From: an uncultured Alphaproteobacteria bacterium
Lineage (GTDB): Bacteria; Pseudomonadota; Alphaproteobacteria; CACZRW01
Length of the DNA: 64,000 nt
Direction of reading: 5' to 3'
NCBI GenBank assembly: GCA_944390645.1
Contig: CALXRE010000058.1
Span: 10,737-74,736 of the forward strand
Under the pieces are notes generated by a model. That model saw only the letters and a list, made by a program, of their open reading frames with translations, was not told where the DNA came from and did not search any database. Positions 59,563-64,000 of the stretch are shown one piece after another. The translations under genes were made by a program, and so were the position numbers. Numbering within the stretch: the first letter of the stretch is position 1; every line of letters begins with the position of its first letter.

Positions 59563-62500
59563 TTGATAAATTTCCTTCTCTTGATCCAAATGTAAATCAG
59601 AGAAAAGCAGCTGATCCAAAATCTTCGGTTTGGGTGGCTGCTTCTGCTGGTTCTGGAAAAACTAAAGTATTATCGGATAGAGTTCTTAATCTTTTACTTA
59701 ATGGTGCTAAACCTGAAAAAATTTTATGCCTTACCTTTACTAAAGCAGCTGCAACTCAAATGTCTAATAGAATAGCTAACCGTTTAAGTCAGTGGGCTGT
59801 TATCTCTGATGAAGAGTTGATTGTACAACTTAAAGAATTACAAGAAAAACAAATAGATGATTCTCAAATACGTAAAGCTAGACGCTTGTTTGCTGAAGTA
59901 CTCGATGCTTCTGGTGGAATGAAAATACTCACAATTCATAGCTTTTGTCAGCAAATTTTAAAACGTTTCCCTTTGGAAGCAGGAGTTGCTCCTAATTTTG
60001 AAGTGATGGATGAAAGAAGCTCTAAGCTTGTTTTAGATAACGTATTACAAGCTTCTATACGTTCCTCTGTATTACAAGATGATGTAGAAACAATTTCTGA
60101 ATATATGGAGGAAAAAGTTTTTGAAGAAAATTTCCAAAAAATATATTCAGAAAGAGGAAAAATTCAAAGCCTAATTAAATCTCTAGGTTCAATAGAAAAA
60201 GTAATTGATATATTGTATCAAACTATAGAAATTGATCCTAAGCTTACTTTGGAAAAAGTGAATCAGAGTATCATAAATGTGAATCAAAATATCAAAATCG
60301 CTGCTGATATATTGCTAGAAGGGGGTGTAAAAGATAAAGCTAGAGCCGATAAAATCTATACTTTCCTTCAAGCCGATGAAAATAAAAGGAAAAAGCTTAT
60401 TGAAGAATATATTTTAGTTTTTCTTACTAAAAAAGGTCAAATTTGTAAGCAATTAACAACTAAATCTACCGCAAAAGCAGCTGAAATTATGGAAACAGAA
60501 GCGGAAAGAATCTATGATTTAAATCAAAAACGTAAGTTAATTGTAGTGGCTAAAATTAATGCAACCTTAATTAGAATTTGTATTTTTATACTGCAAGAAT
60601 ATGAAAAAAGAAAAGCTTGCTTGGGATTCTTAGATTATAGTGATTTGATCTTAAAAACTTTGAACCTATTAGAAAAGGTAAATGGTGCTGCTTGGGTACT
60701 ATATAAATTAGATGGAGGAATTGATCATATTTTAGTCGATGAGGCTCAGGATACAAGTCCTGAACAATGGGCTATTGTTCGTGCTTTGGCTGCTGAGTTC
60801 TTCGCGGGAGAAGGAGCTAGAACTCTAAAAAGAACTATTTTCGCCGTAGGAGATAAAAAACAATCAATATTTAGTTTTCAAGGGGCTGATCCTTTGGAAT
60901 TCGCTGAAAATAAAAAATATTTTCAAAATAAGCTCCTTGATATAGGGGAAAAATTAGAAGAAATTCCTTTGGAAATTTCTTTTCGATCTTCAGAGGCAAT
61001 TTTAAATTTAGTCAATCTAATCCTAGAAAATCCTAAGGCTAGAAAGGGGGTCCTTGATGAAAATGAGCAACTTAAGCATTTCCCTTATCGCAAAAATTCT
61101 GCTGGTAGAGTCGAAGTCTGGGAACCTGTTGTAACAGAAAAAAATGATCAAACTTCTATTCCTTGGTCGCCTCCTTTAGAAAGGGTCTTTAAAGATTCTC
61201 CTCAAAGTCGTTTAGCTAACTTGATCGCAAATCGAATTGCTAAAATGATTAATGAAAAAGAAATGCTAATCTCTGAAGCAAGACCTATAAAACCTGCTGA
61301 TATAATGGTGCTAGTACGAAAAAGAAATATCTTTTTCGAAGAATTAGTTAGAGCTTTAAAAACTTTGAAAATACCTGTTACTGGATTGGATCGTATGATC
61401 TTATCAGAACAAATGCCAGTTATGGATTTGATTGCTCTAGGTGATTTCTTACTCTTGCCTGAAGATGATTTAAATCTTGCTCAACTCTTAAAAAGTCCTT
61501 TATTCAATTTTGATGATGATGATTTATTCTCTATTGCTTATGATCGGAAAGATAAATCTTTGTGGGAAAATCTTAGAGAACAAGCTGAACAAAAAAAAGA
61601 AAAAAAATATCAAAATACTGTAGAAACTTTATTAATATTGCTTGATAAAGTCGATAATGTAACTCCTTTTACTTTGTATTCTATAGCTGTTGATGCTATG
61701 GGAGGGCGAAAAGCTTTGTTAAGTAGGTTGGGATATGAAGCCGAAGATGCTTTAGATGAATTTATGAATTTGACTTTAATCTTCTCTAAAACTAATACTC
61801 CTTCATTACAAAATTTCCTATCTTGGATTAAAAATTCTGATATCAAAATTAAAAGAGATCTAGAGCAGGAAAATGTAAATGCGGTCAGAATTACTACTGT
61901 TCATAGTTCTAAAGGCTTAGAGGCTCCTATAATTTTTTTACCAGATACTTTCTCTAAAATTAGTAAAAAAAATCACTTGTCTTGGATAACTAATAAACAA
62001 AATCTTAAAATACCTTTGTGGCTTCCAAATGACGAGTTGATACCTGAATCTTTGGAAATATGGAAGGAAAAGGAAAAAGAAAAGGCATTATCTGAAAGTC
62101 GTAGACTTCTATATGTCGCTTTGACTAGACCTCGTGATCGAATCTATATATGTGGTTGGCTAAACAAAAATGAAACAAAAGCTAAAGATGAAAAACAAAA
62201 CCAAAAAGAACAAAAGGAAGAAACTTGGTATGATTTAATTCTTGATGCTTTAAATACAAATGAAGCTAAAGAAATATTAAAGGTTGAATACCACAAAAAT
62301 ATCGGAAAAGTATTGGTGATCGAATCTAAACAAACAAACCTTCCTTTAAAACAAATAAACACTAATAAAGAAAAAACTATAGAAATACCTTCTTGGGTAT
62401 TGCAAAAACCTAAAGAAGAACCTATGCCTCCTCGACCCTTATCTCCTTCTCGCTTGCTAAATGAAAATGAAGAAATATCTGCTCCTTCTCCTATTACTCC

Positions 62501-62975
62501 TAAAAGAGAAATCGCTTTGTTAAGAGGAAAAGTAATCCATAGACTCTTACAAATATTACCAGAAATAAATGAAGATAAACGTATGCAAATCGCTCAAAAA
62601 TATTTGACCGAACCTGCGTTTAAGTTCTCAGAAATAGAGCAAAAAAATATATTGCAAAAAGTCTTTAATCTTTTACTTAATCCAACTTTAGCTCCTTTGT
62701 TCTCCGAAAAATCAAAAGCTGAAGTTCCTATCGTGGGTGTCTTGGATGATAAAGTCTTTTCTGGGCAGGTCGATAGATTAGTGGAAACTCAAAACGAAAT
62801 AATCATAATTGATTATAAAACTAATCAAAAACCTCCTGATAATACTCAAAAAATCCCTGAACAATATTTAAGACAAATGAAAGTATACAAACAAATGTTA
62901 CAAAAAATATTCCCTGAAAAAAATATACGTGGCTTATTATTGTGGACTGAAAATATGTCGTTAACGGAGATTTAA
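59559..62975 (+). CDS. addA: double-strand break repair helicase AddA (UvrD-like helicase + C-terminal nuclease)
   Basis: UvrD motif I AASAGSGKTKVL, motif II DEAQDTSP, motif VI-like TVHSSKGLEAPI, C-terminal nuclease motif GQVDRLVE...IIDYKT. Confidence 0.9.
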   Translation: MIDKFPSLDPNVNQRKAADPKSSVWVAASAGSGKTKVLSDRVLNLLLNGAKPEKILCLTFTKAAATQMSNRIANRLSQWAVISDEELIVQLKELQEKQIDDSQIRKARRLFAEVLDASGGMKILTIHSFCQQILKRFPLEAGVAPNFEVMDERSSKLVLDNVLQASIRSSVLQDDVETISEYMEEKVFEENFQKIYSERGKIQSLIKSLGSIEKVIDILYQTIEIDPKLTLEKVNQSIINVNQNIKIAADILLEGGVKDKARADKIYTFLQADENKRKKLIEEYILVFLTKKGQICKQLTTKSTAKAAEIMETEAERIYDLNQKRKLIVVAKINATLIRICIFILQEYEKRKACLGFLDYSDLILKTLNLLEKVNGAAWVLYKLDGGIDHILVDEAQDTSPEQWAIVRALAAEFFAGEGARTLKRTIFAVGDKKQSIFSFQGADPLEFAENKKYFQNKLLDIGEKLEEIPLEISFRSSEAILNLVNLILENPKARKGVLDENEQLKHFPYRKNSAGRVEVWEPVVTEKNDQTSIPWSPPLERVFKDSPQSRLANLIANRIAKMINEKEMLISEARPIKPADIMVLVRKRNIFFEELVRALKTLKIPVTGLDRMILSEQMPVMDLIALGDFLLLPEDDLNLAQLLKSPLFNFDDDDLFSIAYDRKDKSLWENLREQAEQKKEKKYQNTVETLLILLDKVDNVTPFTLYSIAVDAMGGRKALLSRLGYEAEDALDEFMNLTLIFSKTNTPSLQNFLSWIKNSDIKIKRDLEQENVNAVRITTVHSSKGLEAPIIFLPDTFSKISKKNHLSWITNKQNLKIPLWLPNDELIPESLEIWKEKEKEKALSESRRLLYVALTRPRDRIYICGWLNKNETKAKDEKQNQKEQKEETWYDLILDALNTNEAKEILKVEYHKNIGKVLVIESKQTNLPLKQINTNKEKTIEIPSWVLQKPKEEPMPPRPLSPSRLLNENEEISAPSPITPKREIALLRGKVIHRLLQILPEINEDKRMQIAQKYLTEPAFKFSEIEQKNILQKVFNLLLNPTLAPLFSEKSKAEVPIVGVLDDKVFSGQVDRLVETQNEIIIIDYKTNQKPPDNTQKIPEQYLRQMKVYKQMLQKIFPEKNIRGLLLWTENMSLTEI

Positions 62976-62976
62976 A

Positions 62977-63093
62977 ATGAAAAAAATACTTATAACTTTC
63001 TTCTTAACCGCTTTTATTGTAGCTTGCGGTGTATATGGAGCTCCTTCTTTCCCTCCTGGTTCTACTTACCCGGGAAATTATCCTGCTGAATAA
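62977..63093 (+). CDS. small putative lipoprotein (38 aa), translationally coupled to addA
   Basis: ATG 1 nt after addA stop. MKKILITFFLTAFIVAC has a signal peptide and lipobox I-V-A-C. Followed by a terminator. Too short to be certain. Confidence 0.35.
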   Translation: MKKILITFFLTAFIVACGVYGAPSFPPGSTYPGNYPAE

Positions 63094-63117
63094 TACTTAA
63101 ACCTTTGTTCAAAAAAA

Positions 63118-63138
63118 GTGCGGATCGTTCATCCGCAC
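63118..63138. terminator. hairpin terminator between convergent genes (strongest for the minus-strand DUF378 gene)
   Basis: gtgcggat-cgttc-atccgcac; on the minus strand it is followed by TTTTTTTGAA. Confidence 0.65.
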
Positions 63139-63165
63139 TCCTTATTAAAAAATTTAAATTTTCTT

Positions 63166-63438
63166 CTATTTGTCTTCTTTATCCTTGCCTTCACAATGGC
63201 ATCCGCTTCCTTCTTTCTTGGAGCATTGGCAAGAAGAACCACATAAACATTCGCCTTTTGCTATCATAACAGAAATGACTAAAGCAGAAAGACCTACAAG
63301 GCAATAAATTATTTGTCCTGATATACTTCCTTCTCCTAAAATACGATCAATAAAATTGAAATTAAAAAAACCTATAAGACCCCAATTTAATCCACCAATT
63401 ATAACTAATATTTTGGATATACATAGTATTGCTTGCAT
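63166..63438 (-). CDS. DUF378-type small membrane protein with C-terminal Cys-rich (metallothionein-like) tail
   Basis: GGLNWGLIGFFNFNF matches the DUF378 signature; two TM helices; tail CLCGSSCQCSKKEGSGCHCEGK; AGGAGGG RBS. Confidence 0.6.
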   Translation of the reverse strand: MQAILCISKILVIIGGLNWGLIGFFNFNFIDRILGEGSISGQIIYCLVGLSALVISVMIAKGECLCGSSCQCSKKEGSGCHCEGKDKEDK

Positions 63439-63536
63439 CTAATCCCTCCTTTAAATATTAAATACGTCGTAAATACTTTATTATAATCTTATTTAAAAAA
63501 AGATGTACATAAGTTTAGGAAATCTTAATTTGCTTT

Positions 63537-63776
63537 TTAAGCTGCTTTCTCTGAATCCTTCTTTAAAAAAAGATTACAATGACAATGACCATTAATGGCA
63601 ACATCTCGTTCGCAAAAAACACAAGGACAAAGGTGGTCTTCTGTCCATTCTGTCTCTGGTACACATGGACAATGACCCTCTGTTATTGACAGCCTTGTTA
63701 GTATTCTATCTATAACCTTCTCATTTATTTTCATATTGTGCTCTTCTGCAAATTTGAAATAATCTTCTTTTTCCAT
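63537..63776 (-). CDS. ferredoxin-thioredoxin reductase catalytic-subunit-like protein (FtrC-like)
   Basis: CPC...CPC...CHC spacing (HCPCVPETEWTEDHLCPCVFCERDVAINGHCHCNLF) as in the FTR catalytic chain 4Fe-4S / redox-active disulfide site; 79 aa. Confidence 0.6.
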   Translation of the reverse strand: MEKEDYFKFAEEHNMKINEKVIDRILTRLSITEGHCPCVPETEWTEDHLCPCVFCERDVAINGHCHCNLFLKKDSEKAA

Positions 63777-64000
63777 TTTTTGCTCTCTTGTTTCGTTATT
63801 AACTGTTATACTTTAAAATATGATATATATTCTATAAAATATGTTATGAAAATAGTACTTTGTTTGTAAAAGTAAATATTGTACGCATTTTTTTTGTTGT
63901 AGTTGTATTGATGATGAGATATTTGTAAAATATAAAACAGGTGATATTGTATATGGAATCTATTGGATATTCAATTTTAAAATTAGCTTTTGCTTTCTTT

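Overview
The window is AT-rich (about 30-35% GC by eye) and almost fully coding. It looks like a reduced alphaproteobacterial chromosome of Rickettsiales-like, obligate-intracellular type; no genus can be assigned from sequence alone. The backbone is housekeeping: a DinG-like helicase (partial, at the left edge), lysS, rplU-rpmA-obg-nadD-rsfS-rlmH, def-fmt-truA, an H+-translocating pyrophosphatase, mnmA, tRNA-Pro, slyX, psd-pssA, a complete gcvT-H-PA-PB glycine cleavage operon, yebC, ruvCAB-ybgC-tolQRAB, ftsY, mtaB, dsbD, coaE, galU, ppk2/ppk1, sixA-ppa, tsaE, addBA. No IS elements, CRISPR arrays or rRNA genes were seen. The non-core, most interesting parts are listed here. (1) A three-gene cassette immediately next to tRNA-Pro and slyX: a 98-aa protein, a 266-aa protein and a kinase-fold phosphotransferase with an APH/choline-kinase Brenner motif. 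It sits behind a near-consensus sigma70 promoter and is the best candidate for an acquired, undescribed module. (2) Two tandem paralogous proteins whose C-terminal halves are catalytically degenerate EAL-like domains. (3) A cNMP-binding protein encoded right next to a multi-pass-membrane/HEAT-repeat giant protein. (4) A PP-loop ATP-pyrophosphatase-like protein translationally coupled to a stand-alone MurD-like ligase, a possible MurD2/MurL-type alternative D-Glu route. (5) An FtrC-like CPC/CPC/CHC protein next to a DUF378 membrane protein with a metallothionein-like Cys tail. (6) A Clp/Hsp100 ATPase with a degenerate D1 ring. (7) A membrane-anchored SNase-like nuclease heading a tsaE-addB-addA operon. 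(8) A 16-A homopolymer inside gcvPA. All coordinates and motifs were read directly from the provided sequence and ORF track; no database search was possible.
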